From an uncultured Methanosarcinales archaeon (GTDB taxonomy: Archaea > Halobacteriota > Methanosarcinia > Methanotrichales > Methanotrichaceae): DNA of 64,000 nucleotides. A program made the position numbers and the translations under genes. The stretch's first letter is position 1; every line of letters starts with the position of its first letter. Where the stretch lies: NCBI GenBank assembly GCA_963843555.1, contig CAWJKV010000004.1, positions 96,001 to 160,000 on the forward strand. The letters run 5' to 3'. Positions 22,886-33,162 of this stretch are shown piece by piece. The notes beneath the pieces are model-generated. The model was not told where the DNA came from. It worked only from the letters and a program-made list of their open reading frames with translations, and did not search any database.

Positions 22886-23497
22886 ATGCTGACTCTGGAT
22901 GAGGGAAAGATGGCGGTTCGTCTGGCCAGGGAAGCCCTGACCTGCTATGTGGAAAAGAAAAAAATCCTGGAGCCCGAAAGGCTCCCACCCGTCTTCGATG
23001 AGAATAGAGGAGTCTTTGTGACCTTGCATGAGGATGGCGCTCTGCGGGGCTGCATCGGTTACCCCCAGCCAGTCATGCCCCTGGGCCGGGCTATCGTGGA
23101 TTCGGCCATCAATGCCGGCAGCCGGGACCCGCGTTTCCCAGGCATAAGACCTGGCGAGCAGAAGAGAATCGAGCTGGAGGTTACCATTCTCACCAAGCCC
23201 GAGCCCTACCGTGAGCCCAAGAAGAGGCTGCCCGAACTGGTTCGAGTGGGCACGGACGGCCTGATCGTCTCCAAAGGGCCATTCTCAGGCCTGCTCCTTC
23301 CTCAGGTGGCCCCGGAGTGGGGTTTTGATTCTATGGAGTTCCTGAGCCAGACCTGCGTCAAAGCGGGACTGCCCCCAGACGCCTGGCTGGATGAGGACAC
23401 CGAGGTGCAGCACTTCGAGGCCCAGATCTTTGCCGAGATAGCCCCGGAAAGGGAGGTATTCGAGAAGAGCTTCACCGAGAGCCCCTGCGGAACTTGA
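22886..23497 (+). CDS. AMMECR1-domain protein (AmmeMemoRadiSam protein A type)
   Basis: RGVFVTL, LRGCIG, DPRF, GLLLPQV, CVKAGL. Confidence 0.92.
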   Translation: MLTLDEGKMAVRLAREALTCYVEKKKILEPERLPPVFDENRGVFVTLHEDGALRGCIGYPQPVMPLGRAIVDSAINAGSRDPRFPGIRPGEQKRIELEVTILTKPEPYREPKKRLPELVRVGTDGLIVSKGPFSGLLLPQVAPEWGFDSMEFLSQTCVKAGLPPDAWLDEDTEVQHFEAQIFAEIAPEREVFEKSFTESPCGT

Positions 23498-23540
23498 GGG
23501 CGGATCTATCGTTTTTGTTGGTCAACGCTCCTGAGCGATT

Positions 23541-23717
23541 TTACATCCTCCATCCCACATCGTACCTCGCCCCGCACTCCGGGCAGATGAGAATTATCCT
23601 GCAGCCATCATCAGACGGCAGAAATGAGCTGTGAAATCCCAATTCATAGCCGCATTGGGGACAGATCCGGAACTCATCTGCCAGCTCGATCTTGGTGATA
23701 TCCCTGGATGCCTTCAT
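23541..23717 (-). CDS. Small zinc-ribbon protein (58 aa, below the ORF-track cutoff)
   Basis: Manual translation MKASRDITKIELADEFRICPQCGYELGFHSSFLPSDDGCRIILICPECGARYDVGWRM*, with two CPxCG motifs. Confidence 0.8.
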   Translation of the reverse strand: MKASRDITKIELADEFRICPQCGYELGFHSSFLPSDDGCRIILICPECGARYDVGWRM

Positions 23718-23740
23718 GCTTGACCACTTCTCCCTGGGAT

Positions 23741-24604
23741 CTAAACTATTTTGCCCCCCATCTCTTCGGGGCTCTCCAACTCGGCCTGGCCAGCTAAGTC
23801 TCCTATATTTGGCCGCAGTGGGGGCAGACCATTCCTGCCGTCTTTTGCTCCTCCTTTCTTTTGGCCAGCACCTCGGCTAAGCCGGAGGCCAGTACGCCCG
23901 CGGGCAGAGCGAATAGGCCGATCCCCAAAATCACCACCATCGAGCCGATGAACTTGCCCCACGGTGTCACCGGATAGATGTCTCCATAGCCCACCGTGCC
24001 CAGGGCAACAATGCCCCACCACATGGCCGCAGGGATGCTGGAGAAGTTGTCAGGCTGAGCCTCATGCTCCACATTATACATCAAGCTGGAGGATATTATG
24101 AGCAGAATCATGATGGCAAAGAGCATGAGCAACAGCTCTTCCTTCTTCAGCTTCAATACATCCGCGAATGTCTGCAGAGACGACGAGTAGCGGGCCAGCT
24201 TCAGCACCCGGAAAAGCCGGAAGAGCCTCAGAGCTCGCATGAACCTCAAATCGGGGAAGACAATTGGTAGATAGAAAGGCAGCACGACCAGGAGGTCAAT
24301 CAGGGCCAGGGGAGTTGTCATGAACTGCAGCCTGCCGCGAACAGGATCTTTGAACTCTGGTTTTGCTGTGCAACTCCAGACGCGCAAAATGTATTCAACT
24401 GTAAAGACAGCTACCGAAAAGATTTCAAAAGCATTGAAGAATGGAGGCGTATCGCAGATATAGCCAGTCCACCGTCGCCAGGACTACAGCTGCTACATTT
24501 AGAAGTATCAGCCCTATGATGAAGAGGTCAAAGTACCTGCTATCTTCATCGCCCGGTTCCAGTATGCCCGAGATGCGAGTCTTGAGATCGAGATCTTGGT
24601 CCAT
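23741..24604 (-). CDS. Voltage-gated K+ channel (Ion_trans), frameshift near 24445 and probably near 23805
   Basis: S4 segment RFMRALRLFRLFRVLKLARY; pore WWGIVALGTVGYGDIYP; C-terminal CPHCG; N terminus MDQDLDLKTRISGILEPGD in another frame. Confidence 0.9.
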
Positions 24605-24722
24605 TGCAAAAATTAAAGAGAGCTGTTCAGGATAAAAAGCATTCTTCTTGGGATCTTTTTCGAGGAGTTCCCGCTCCTCACATTCTCTATCTTAATATAT
24701 ACGAACCTCCCCTCTTTTTGCT

Positions 24723-25452
24723 ATGCGTGCCGCCTGCCTCCAGCAACAAGTTGAGCCCTGCAAGAATGAAGAGAACCTCGGCAGAGCTCTGCAGATGGCC
24801 CGCGCCGCCCTGGATGAAGGCGCACAGATCCTGGTCTATCCAGAGCTCTTCTTGACCGGCTTTTGTTACGAGCCCTCTGCCATGCGGCAGCCGAAGACCC
24901 GACTTTCTCCGCGCTCGATCCATTTCGCGCCCTGGCAGAGGCGCACGAGTGTTTAATCATCGGCTCCCTTCGCTGCGGCCGCCGAATCTCGGCTTCTGCC
25001 TGGACTCGGTGGGCCTGGAGCTGCGCCCCAAGATTCATCCTTTTGGAGAGGAAAAGAAACACTTCGATGGTGGCGATTTCATCTCGCCTGTGGCCACAAA
25101 ATGGGGCCGGGTGGGCCTTCAGATCTGCTACGACCTGCGCTTCCCTGAGGTGGCGCGCTCACTGGCATTGCAGGGCGCAGATTTCCTGGTGACAATAGCC
25201 CAGTTCCCTGCACCCCGCAGGGCGCAATGGCAGGCTCTCTGTCTCGCCCGGGCCATAGAGAATCAGATTCCTCACCTGGCCTGCAACTGGGCGAATGCGG
25301 GGGGCTCTCTGATCATCAATGCCCGGGGCGCAGTGATAGCGGAGGCCGCAGCCGGGGAGACAATTATATGGGGCGATATCGATCTGGTTGAAAGGGACGA
25401 TGTGCGCCGCGAGATACCCTGCTTTGCCGACCGGCGGCCGGAGATATACTGA
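24723..25452 (+). CDS. Carbon-nitrogen hydrolase (nitrilase family), frameshifted at ~24900-24985
   Basis: LVYPELFLTG, KIHPF, ICYDLRFPE catalytic motifs, ARAIENQ. Confidence 0.88.
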
Positions 25453-25453
25453 G

Positions 25454-26655
25454 GTGAGAAGCCTGAACGCCCGAACCCATAATTTTCTGGTCTCGAAGTT
25501 CAGAGAGTATTATATTGAATCATCCCTGGAAGCTCCGCCAGGCCTCCAGTCCAGGGAATGGGGCTTTCTCTTCTTCGATGACTCGGGCATGCGCCGCCAT
25601 AAGTCCTTTTTTAGCAGAGGCGAGCTGGCGGACTATGTCCGGGCCATGGTGCCCCGGCACGTCTATCACTCCGCTGCCTATTACCAGCGTCCGGGCGCAC
25701 CCACCATGAAGGAGAAGATCTGGCAGGGCGCGGACCTCATCTTCGACCTGGATGCCGATCATCTGCGCAATGCCCCCCAGAGCTATGGCGAGATGCTGGA
25801 GCTGGTGAAGAAGGAGACACTGAAGCTACTGGGATTTCTAACCGCCGATTTCGGTTTTTCAGAAAGGGTGATTAGTGTCGCATTTTCTGGCGGTAGGGGC
25901 TATCACATCCATATTCGCGATCCGCGAGTCTTCACAGTTTGGTGGCGATGAGCGGCGAGAAGTAGTAGATTATCTAACAGGCAGAGGTCTTGATATGGAA
26001 CGGCTGCGATATAAGGTATGGATATCGGGGGATATTGGTGCTGAGAAAGTGCGAGCTCTCAGATGTCAGTCAGAGAATTCGCCTGGATGGGGTGGCAGGT
26101 TTAATGAGGCGGTTATAAGATTTGCTGAAGAAATTCCGCAATCTAGATGAAAAGAGGCGCTGTGGAAAAGCTCAAAGATTAAAAACATTGGGATGTTCGG
26201 GCAGCCGAATTTTATATGCGGATCAAGAGCGATCGGGTGCTGGATGATATACGTTCGGGTAATCTGGATAGCTTAAAAGGCGTTCAGGATATTTGGAAGT
26301 TTCTTATCAATCATTATCTGTGCAGACCAGTTTGTAGGAGTCCTGGGTGGGCGGAGAAACGGACGAGCCAGTCACTGCCGATGTGCGCCGGCTGATTCGC
26401 TGTCCAGGCAGCCTGCATGGCGGCTCGGGCCTGAGGGTGACTCCTCTGTCCATCAGCGACCTGGAGGACTTCGATCCCCTTCAAGATGCTGTGGTCTATG
26501 GAGATGAGAGCGTGCCCCTTGAGATTCTTAAGCCGTTCAATACCCAGATGCGTGGGCAGAGCTACCAATTGGCGGAAGGCCCGACTGAGCTGCCTGCCTG
26601 CGTGGCGGTCTTCCTCATGGCCCGGGGTGTGGCTGAAGCCCGGGCGAAGCTGTAG
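25454..26655 (+). CDS. priS: DNA primase catalytic subunit PriS (several frameshifts in 25935-26350)
   Basis: REWGF, RHKSF, HVYHSAAYY, DLIFDLDADHL, FSGGRGYHIH, RREVVDY, DEPVTADVRRLIRCPGSLHGGSGL. Confidence 0.93.
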
Positions 26656-26716
26656 TCAGTGAAAAATCTATATAGTATTTGATACCTGATAACAAGTCCG
26701 CGCCAAAAGTTTTGAG

Positions 26717-27292
26717 GTGGGAAGATTGGATCTGGCCAACGCGCTGAGAGAGGAGCGCAAATCCGCGGAGCTTCAGCATCTGGATAAGGATTTTTACCAG
26801 CAGGTGGGGGTCTATCTGGCCGGCCTGGGGCAGGAGCTCTCCCGTGTAGAGGACTCGTTCAGCGTAGAGGCTCAGATCCTCCAGGATACCTTGAAGAGCG
26901 AGAAGAATAGCGTAAACAAGCTCATCGATCAAAGGGTTAAGAAGATCGTCCGCCGGGCCCTCCGCAATGCAAGATCCGCTTCCCGGGAAGAGGCCTTCCT
27001 GGGCATGACCGAAGAAGAAGAGGAGATCTACCGGCAGATGCTGTCTGCCATTGCCAGCGGCCGCGAGGCCATACTTGCCCATGTGGCTCACACCGAAAGG
27101 CCTTTAATGGGCAAGAAAGATATATCCCGGGAATACGAAGTCGTGCGGTTGCTGGATAGTGTTCCTATGTTTGCAGGAGTTGACGGGAAAAATTACCTCC
27201 TCGCGAAGGATGATGTGGCCGTGCTCCCCGCCGTCCATGCCAGAAATCTGCGCAATAAGAATTTAGCGTCTGAAGTGAAGATTGAGAGATGA
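26717..27292 (+). CDS. GINS subunit (Gins51/Gins15-like)
   Basis: ERKSAELQHLDKDFY, RVKKIV, MTEEEEEIY, B-domain VRLLDSVPMFAGVDGKNY; canonical position between priS and rpl44e. Confidence 0.8.
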   Translation: MGRLDLANALREERKSAELQHLDKDFYQQVGVYLAGLGQELSRVEDSFSVEAQILQDTLKSEKNSVNKLIDQRVKKIVRRALRNARSASREEAFLGMTEEEEEIYRQMLSAIASGREAILAHVAHTERPLMGKKDISREYEVVRLLDSVPMFAGVDGKNYLLAKDDVAVLPAVHARNLRNKNLASEVKIER

Positions 27293-27298
27293 TACATT

Positions 27299-27580
27299 GT
27301 GAAGATGCCAAAGAAGCTTAACGCTTACTGTCCGTTCTGCAAAAAACACACCCCCCAAACGGTAGAAAGGGTGAGAAAAGGCCGGGCTTCCTCCTTGACC
27401 CATATTTCAAGGCAGAAGCTCAGGGCCAATGGAATAGGGAATCAGGGTAAGTTTTCCAAGGTCCCCGGCGGAGACAAGCCGACGAAGAGATTGAATCTGA
27501 GATACCGCTGTAATACTTGCAAGAAGGCTCATAACCGCCCGGGTTTCAGGGCTGGCAAGTTCGATCTGGTGGAGAGTTGA
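27299..27580 (+). CDS. rpl44e: 50S ribosomal protein L44e
   Basis: [18 protein letters not shown]...[19 protein letters not shown]. Confidence 0.96.
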   Translation: MKMPKKLNAYCPFCKKHTPQTVERVRKGRASSLTHISRQKLRANGIGNQGKFSKVPGGDKPTKRLNLRYRCNTCKKAHNRPGFRAGKFDLVES

Positions 27581-27582
27581 AT

Positions 27583-27750
27583 ATGCCATCCAAATTCGTC
27601 AAGGTAAAATGCAACGACTGCGAGAACGAGCAGGTGATATTCGCCCATGCTTCCACGGTCGTCAAGTGCCTGGTCTGCGGGCGCACTTTAGCTGAGCCTA
27701 CCGGCGGCAAAGCTGAGATCAAAACCCAGGTAGTAGAAGTGTTAGAGTGA
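27583..27750 (+). CDS. rps27e: 30S ribosomal protein S27e (not in ORF track)
   Basis: Manual translation [55 protein letters not shown]. Confidence 0.96.
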   Translation: MPSKFVKVKCNDCENEQVIFAHASTVVKCLVCGRTLAEPTGGKAEIKTQVVEVLE

Positions 27751-27756
27751 TCTTCG

Positions 27757-28530
27757 ATGCAACGTGAGGGCTGGCCAGAGCCCGGATCTCTAGTGGTCTG
27801 CACCGTGACTCAGGTGGTGGACTTCGGAGCCTTCGTCTCAATTGACGAGTATTCCGGTAAGCAGGGCCTGATTCACATCTCCGAGGTGGCCAGCGGATGG
27901 ATCAAGTACATTCGCGACCATGTGCGAGAGGGTCAGAAGATCGTCTGCAAGGTATTGAATGTAGACACGTCCCGGCATCACATCGATCTCTCCCTGAAGG
28001 ATGTAAACGAGCATCAGAGACGGGAGAAGATTCAGGAGTGGAAGGCGGACCAGAAAGCCTGGAAATGGCTGGAGATGGCCTACAAGGATAGGCCTGAGGA
28101 TGCAAAGCGGGTAGCTGATGCATTGGTGGCGGCTTACGATAGCCTCTATCTGGCCATGGAGGAGGCGGCAATCTGCGGAGCCGAAGCCCTGAAAGATGCC
28201 AATCTGACGGAAGAAGATGTGTTGATGCTGGAGAGTCTCTCCAAGGATAACGTCAAGATACCATCCGTTGACATTAGCGGCTATGTGGATATCACTTCCC
28301 CTGCGCCGGATGGGGTCGAGGTCATTCGCAAGGCCCTCAAACAGGCCAAACGCATCAAAGACAAAGATTCCACGCTCACCATCTCCTATATCGGAGCGCC
28401 GCGATACCGCATTCATGTAACCGCGCCTGATTATAAGAGTGCAGAGTCTGTTCTCAAAAAGTCTGCTCAGGCTGTTGTAAAATACATCGAACAACATGGC
28501 GGAGAAGGTACCTTCCTTCGAGAGGCATGA
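27757..28530 (+). CDS. eif2a: Translation initiation factor aIF-2 alpha subunit
   Basis: WPEPGSLVVCTV S1 domain, GLIHISEVASGWIK, HIDLSLK, YIGAPRYRI. Confidence 0.95.
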   Translation: MQREGWPEPGSLVVCTVTQVVDFGAFVSIDEYSGKQGLIHISEVASGWIKYIRDHVREGQKIVCKVLNVDTSRHHIDLSLKDVNEHQRREKIQEWKADQKAWKWLEMAYKDRPEDAKRVADALVAAYDSLYLAMEEAAICGAEALKDANLTEEDVLMLESLSKDNVKIPSVDISGYVDITSPAPDGVEVIRKALKQAKRIKDKDSTLTISYIGAPRYRIHVTAPDYKSAESVLKKSAQAVVKYIEQHGGEGTFLREA

Positions 28531-28688
28531 GATCCAAGATCCTGAGGTGTACGGCCTGCGGCCGCTACACCCTGTTGGATATCTGCACCGTCTGCGGAGG
28601 TCATGCTGCAATTACCAAGCCGGCAAGATTCTCTCCTGACGACCCTTATGGAAAATATCGACGAGCTCTCAAACCGGAGGCAAAATGA
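28527..28688 (+). CDS. nop10: H/ACA RNP protein Nop10 (not in ORF track)
   Basis: Manual translation MRSKILRCTACGRYTLLDICTVCGGHAAITKPARFSPDDPYGKYRRALKPEAK*. Confidence 0.95.
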   Translation: MRSKILRCTACGRYTLLDICTVCGGHAAITKPARFSPDDPYGKYRRALKPEAK

Positions 28689-29455
28689 AGGAAACCCTGG
28701 TTCACCGTATCAAAGAAGTAACTCTTAAAGATCCTATTCTGGTGGAGGGGCTACCCGGTGTCGGCCACGTGGGAAAACTGGTGGCGGATCATATGGTAGA
28801 AGAGCTGAATGCTGAGAAGATCATTGAGATCTATTCGCCGCATTTTCCGCCCCAGGTAATGGTGAAAGAAGACGGCACCATCAAGCAAGTGCGAAATGAG
28901 ATCTATGCACGCCAGGGCATGAACGGCGAACCGGATCTAATCATCCTCATCGGAGACTACCAGAGCGCCACTAACGAGGGGCACTATGAGCTTACCAGCA
29001 TCTTCCTGGATATCGCGCAGAGCTTCAATGTTAAGAGGATCTATGCTCTGGGCGGCTATGGCACGGGCCAGTTTGTGGAGAAGCCAACTGTCATGGGTGC
29101 GGCCACAGGACTTGAGCTCGTGGAGGAGATGAAGCAGCAGGGCGTAGTCTTTCAAGAGAACGAGCCGGGCGGGGGCATCATCGGCGTCTCAGGACTCCTT
29201 CTGGGCCTGGGTGCCTTGCGGGGGATAGATGCCATCTGTCTCATGGGTGTAACCAGCGGCTATCTCGTCGATCCCAAGGCAGCTTCAGAGGTTTTGCGCG
29301 TTCTCTCTCAAATTCTGGGTATAGAAGTCGGCATGCATGCACTGGAGGAGAGGGCAAAAGAGATGGAGAAGATCATCGGCAAGCTCCAGGAGATGGAGCG
29401 GGCACAGGCTCCTTTCGAGGCAGGCGGGGATGAAGACCTCAGGTATATCGGATAG
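28685..29455 (+). CDS. Proteasome assembly chaperone (PAC2 family)
   Basis: VEGLPGVGHVGKL, SPHFPPQV, GDYQ, YLVDPKAA; conserved position after nop10. Confidence 0.9.
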   Translation: MKETLVHRIKEVTLKDPILVEGLPGVGHVGKLVADHMVEELNAEKIIEIYSPHFPPQVMVKEDGTIKQVRNEIYARQGMNGEPDLIILIGDYQSATNEGHYELTSIFLDIAQSFNVKRIYALGGYGTGQFVEKPTVMGAATGLELVEEMKQQGVVFQENEPGGGIIGVSGLLLGLGALRGIDAICLMGVTSGYLVDPKAASEVLRVLSQILGIEVGMHALEERAKEMEKIIGKLQEMERAQAPFEAGGDEDLRYIG

Positions 29456-30764
29456 TCTCCTCGAATATGCTCATCAGCTCCTTGCCCTGGCCCTGCGAGA
29501 GGGGGCGGCAGAGGCGGAGGTCTATGGCATGGTGGGCCATTCCGTGGATGTTGATCTACGCAAAGGATCTGTGGAAATGGCCAGCGAGAGCTTTCATCGC
29601 GGCCTGGGACTCCGGGCTGTTGTGAATGGTGCCGTTGGATTTTCCAGCACAAGCGACATGTCGCTCCTGGAATATGTCGCCAAAAGCGCTGTGAAGTCTG
29701 CAAAAGCTCGCGGCCCGGACGAATCCTGGCTCTCTCTTCCCACCCCTGAGAAGGCCGTTCCCGTGCAGGGTATCTTTGATGCACGGTTGGAGAGAATCAG
29801 TCCGGAGGAATGTATTGAGGTTGCGGCGAGCATGCTCGAAGGCTGCCGGACGGTTAAAGAGGCAGAGCCTGTCTCGGGAGGCGTGGCATGCATTTGCGGC
29901 ACAGGTTTTGTGATCAACTCCAGTGGACTTGAGCTGCGGGAGACGTCCACTCTCATGCAGGCCTCCATGGAGGCCATTGCCAAATCCGGGGACGTGGCCA
30001 CAGGCAGCGAGTTTTTCAATTCGAGGGGTTTTGAGCCCTCCATGGAGTTCGTGGGCAAAGCTGCAGCTGAGATGGCCAGGGCATCACTGGCAGGAAATAA
30101 AGCCGAGAGTGGAATCTTCGATATACTTCTCAAGCCTCTGGCAGTGGCAGAGCTGCTGGAGAGCACGATTCTATCTGCTTTTGAAGCCGACAACGTGCAA
30201 AAAGGTCGTTCTTCTCTGAAAGGACGGGTGGGAGAGATGATCTCTTCCGAGAGGCTGAGTGTCCATGATGACGGCCTGCTTAAAGGCGGAATAGACTCTT
30301 CAGCCTTTGATGGCGAGGGCGTGCCCTCCCAAAGGACGGTTTTGATTGAGAAGGGGATCTTGAAGGGATTTCTCTATGACAGCTATACGGCAGGTAAGGC
30401 TGGCATGAAATCTACAGGCAATGCGGTGCGTCAAGGTTACTCCGATGTTCCCAGGGTGGGCATTCGAAATCTGATACTCAGCTCCCCTGATGCTCATGAT
30501 CTCCTGGCGGAGACGAAAGGGTATCTGATAAACGGTCTCATCGGAGCTCATACCGCGAACCCCATATCCGGCGACTTCTCAGTGGAGGCGAGAAATGCTT
30601 TTCGTGTCTCTCCAGGAGAGGCTGCTGTGCCCATCCGCTCTTTGATGCTGGCTGGAAATATCTATGAGATTCTAAAAAATATCGAGATAGGCACGGATGT
30701 GCGGGCCATTGGTGCCATTGTCACGCCGACTATAAAAGTCAATATGAAAGTAGTAGGAAGCTAA
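29430..30764 (+). CDS. TldD/PmbA family protein (PmbA-like)
   Basis: AEAEVY, GLGLRAV, FDGEGVP, STGNA, ANPISGDFSV; no HExxH motif. Confidence 0.88.
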   Translation: MKTSGISDSLLEYAHQLLALALREGAAEAEVYGMVGHSVDVDLRKGSVEMASESFHRGLGLRAVVNGAVGFSSTSDMSLLEYVAKSAVKSAKARGPDESWLSLPTPEKAVPVQGIFDARLERISPEECIEVAASMLEGCRTVKEAEPVSGGVACICGTGFVINSSGLELRETSTLMQASMEAIAKSGDVATGSEFFNSRGFEPSMEFVGKAAAEMARASLAGNKAESGIFDILLKPLAVAELLESTILSAFEADNVQKGRSSLKGRVGEMISSERLSVHDDGLLKGGIDSSAFDGEGVPSQRTVLIEKGILKGFLYDSYTAGKAGMKSTGNAVRQGYSDVPRVGIRNLILSSPDAHDLLAETKGYLINGLIGAHTANPISGDFSVEARNAFRVSPGEAAVPIRSLMLAGNIYEILKNIEIGTDVRAIGAIVTPTIKVNMKVVGS

Positions 30765-30777
30765 AAGGAGGATTTTG

Positions 30778-31630
30778 ATGATTATTGGAGGACCAGCCTC
30801 CCAGCTTCTGGCTGGCAGGGTGGCGGCTATTTTAGATGAGACGCTCGCTCTTTGCGATTACAAGACGTTTCCTGATGGTGAGTCCTACACTCAAGTGGTG
30901 ACGCCATTGGATGATGAAGTGGTTATAATCCAGTCCACTCCGACCGATCAGGACCTCGTTTATCTGTTGCAGCTGCTGGATGTTTGTCGAGCGAGCAAGG
31001 TTTCCCTGGTCATACCCGTACTTTGGTTATGCCCGCCAGGACAAGATCTTCAAGTCTGGCGAGCCCATGACCGCCCGGGCGGTGGCCACGGCTTTGAATC
31101 CCTTCTTGAAGAACGGCCGGGTCCATCTGGTCAATATCCATGCACCATCAGTCATGGCCCACTTCCAGTGCCCGATTGAGAATCTGGATGCAACCTCCCT
31201 TCTGGCCGAGCGGATCGAATCCCTGGGCCTGAAGGATGCGGTGGTCATCTCTCCAGACAAGGGGGCCATAGCCATGGCAAAAATGGCAGCCGCCACTCTG
31301 GGCTGTGACTGCGACTACTTGCAAAAGACCCGGCTCTCCGGCACGGAGGTCTCCATGGCCCCCAAAGAGGTGGCAGTTAAGGGCAGGGACGTGGTCATCT
31401 TCGACGACATGATCGCCACAGGCGGCACTATGGCTATGGCCATCGCGCTGCTTCGCCAGCAGGGTGCCAACCGGGTCTATTTGGCAGCGGTTCATCCCGT
31501 TCTGACAGGATCGGCGGTGCTCAAGCTCTACCGCTCCGGTGTGGAGGCAGTGCTGGCCACGGATACGCTGGATAAGGGCGTGAGCACGGTATCGGTGGCG
31601 CCATTGATCGCGAAGGCGCTTAAATCCTAA
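30778..31630 (+). CDS. prs: Ribose-phosphate pyrophosphokinase (frameshift near 31015)
   Basis: KTFPDGE, PYFGYARQDK, ISPDKGA, VIFDDMIATGGT. Confidence 0.93.
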
Positions 31631-31773
31631 GACGGGTGGCGTTAATAAGCTCCACATTTTTTCACAACACGATCGCATCAAAGAGTCCCTCTATTTCGAT
31701 TCGAGTAAGTTCAGATTAAATTAGTAGAAATGTTCTTATCACTTATATGTTAACTAATATTGGTGTTATTGGA

Positions 31774-32478
31774 ATGTACCGCTCGACTCATTTAATTATA
31801 TTCGTCCTCCTCGCACTATGCATGTGCATCGGATGCGTTGCGCCCTATGATCGGACAGATGAGGCGATCGTATCAACGAACGTATCTGGAGATGCCATAA
31901 AGGCTGGCGCGTGTATGAACTTGGACAGAGTCGATGAAATAAATAATAGAAAGAATGGAACAGCTCAAAATGCTTCCGAGGCAGAGGAGTATGCGGTCTA
32001 CGATTACCTTATCGGTCCCGGCGATGCAAATCGCACTTTTGTGGTGATTTATGAAAATACCACCTCGCGAAGCAAAGAATCCAATCGCTCGGACTTGCTA
32101 AAGGATATGCCTTCTCTAGAGCAGAGAACCATTGACGACTACAAGGCCAAGAATAGTAAGGCCTATCCTTTGCGAAACTCATTTAAATTCGAAGGTAAAT
32201 ATGTTATAGTCAACGAAAGCGAAATTTACGAGGTATTTTCAGTCAATCAAAAGACGGAAACAGGTGATGATTGGGAGGAATTTTATGGGAGATGTCCTAA
32301 CTCACCCGGTATCCTTTCTTACTCACGGGTTGGATTCAATTCCAATCTGAATCAGGCTTTAGTCGAAGAGGGTTACGACTTTCCAGGGATGCTTGCAGGT
32401 AGAGGCTATCTGCTGCTGCTCGAAAAGAGTAATGGAACATGGAATGTCACCAGTTCGATGATGACGTGGATCTCATAG
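31774..32478 (+). CDS. Secreted/lipoprotein hypothetical protein, low GC
   Basis: Hydrophobic leader ending LCMCIGC; C terminus YSRVGFNSNLNQALV...LLLEKSNGTWNV...WIS. Confidence 0.75.
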   Translation: MYRSTHLIIFVLLALCMCIGCVAPYDRTDEAIVSTNVSGDAIKAGACMNLDRVDEINNRKNGTAQNASEAEEYAVYDYLIGPGDANRTFVVIYENTTSRSKESNRSDLLKDMPSLEQRTIDDYKAKNSKAYPLRNSFKFEGKYVIVNESEIYEVFSVNQKTETGDDWEEFYGRCPNSPGILSYSRVGFNSNLNQALVEEGYDFPGMLAGRGYLLLLEKSNGTWNVTSSMMTWIS

Positions 32479-32557
32479 CCCTTATTTTTATGATCGGACT
32501 TCATTATTCTGTTCAAAGCAGGGTTTATAAACAATTACATGCAAAAGTAAAAATCGA

Positions 32558-33127
32558 ATGAAGCTTCAAACCAGGATACTTGGCCGCAAGGTCCATGAGG
32601 TTGGGTATCGAACATTTTTGCTCCACAAAGCCATGGAGCTGGGCTGTCATCAGTTTTCCGCATACAACCGATTTGAGGAAGGACTTCAAGCGGTTGTAGC
32701 TCTGATAGAGGGCGATGAAGGGCAGATCTTAGGATTCAAGAGTTTTGTCGAGGAGAGCAAGCCGGAAACCTCAGAAGTCTCAGGTACTTTCTTCGAAGAA
32801 TATCATGGCTACGTTATGTCTGTTGAAAATTTCATGCATTTATCCATGGTGGAGCAACTGAACAAAGGTATACCAGCTCTTCTTAGATTAGACCAAAAGC
32901 AAGATAAAATGCTCGAAAAGCAGGATGGGACAATTGCGAAACTGGAAGAGACTAGGTCCGATATAGTCCACGAGATAAGGGCCTCAAGAGATGAAGTGGT
33001 TTCCAAGTTGGACGAGAATCGCGAGGCCATCGTTGCTGAGATAGGGGATCAGAAGATAACCCTGGACAATCGATTGAAACGGATTGAAGATGACATATCC
33101 AAGCTTAAGGCAAAGGTTGGCATCTAA
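32558..33127 (+). CDS. Acylphosphatase-like domain fused to a C-terminal coiled coil
   Basis: GRKVHEVGYR (compare GxVQGVGFR), then AYN; heptad-rich tail DQKQDKMLEKQD...LKRIEDDISKLKAKVGI. Confidence 0.75.
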   Translation: MKLQTRILGRKVHEVGYRTFLLHKAMELGCHQFSAYNRFEEGLQAVVALIEGDEGQILGFKSFVEESKPETSEVSGTFFEEYHGYVMSVENFMHLSMVEQLNKGIPALLRLDQKQDKMLEKQDGTIAKLEETRSDIVHEIRASRDEVVSKLDENREAIVAEIGDQKITLDNRLKRIEDDISKLKAKVGI

Positions 33128-33162
33128 GTATTTTAGTATTATTAATAAACTGAGCTAATTGT

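Noticed and set aside
25454..29455. Replication-translation superoperon as a novel system
   Set aside because: priS-GINS-L44e-S27e-aIF2a-nop10-PAC2 is a well-known conserved archaeal cluster
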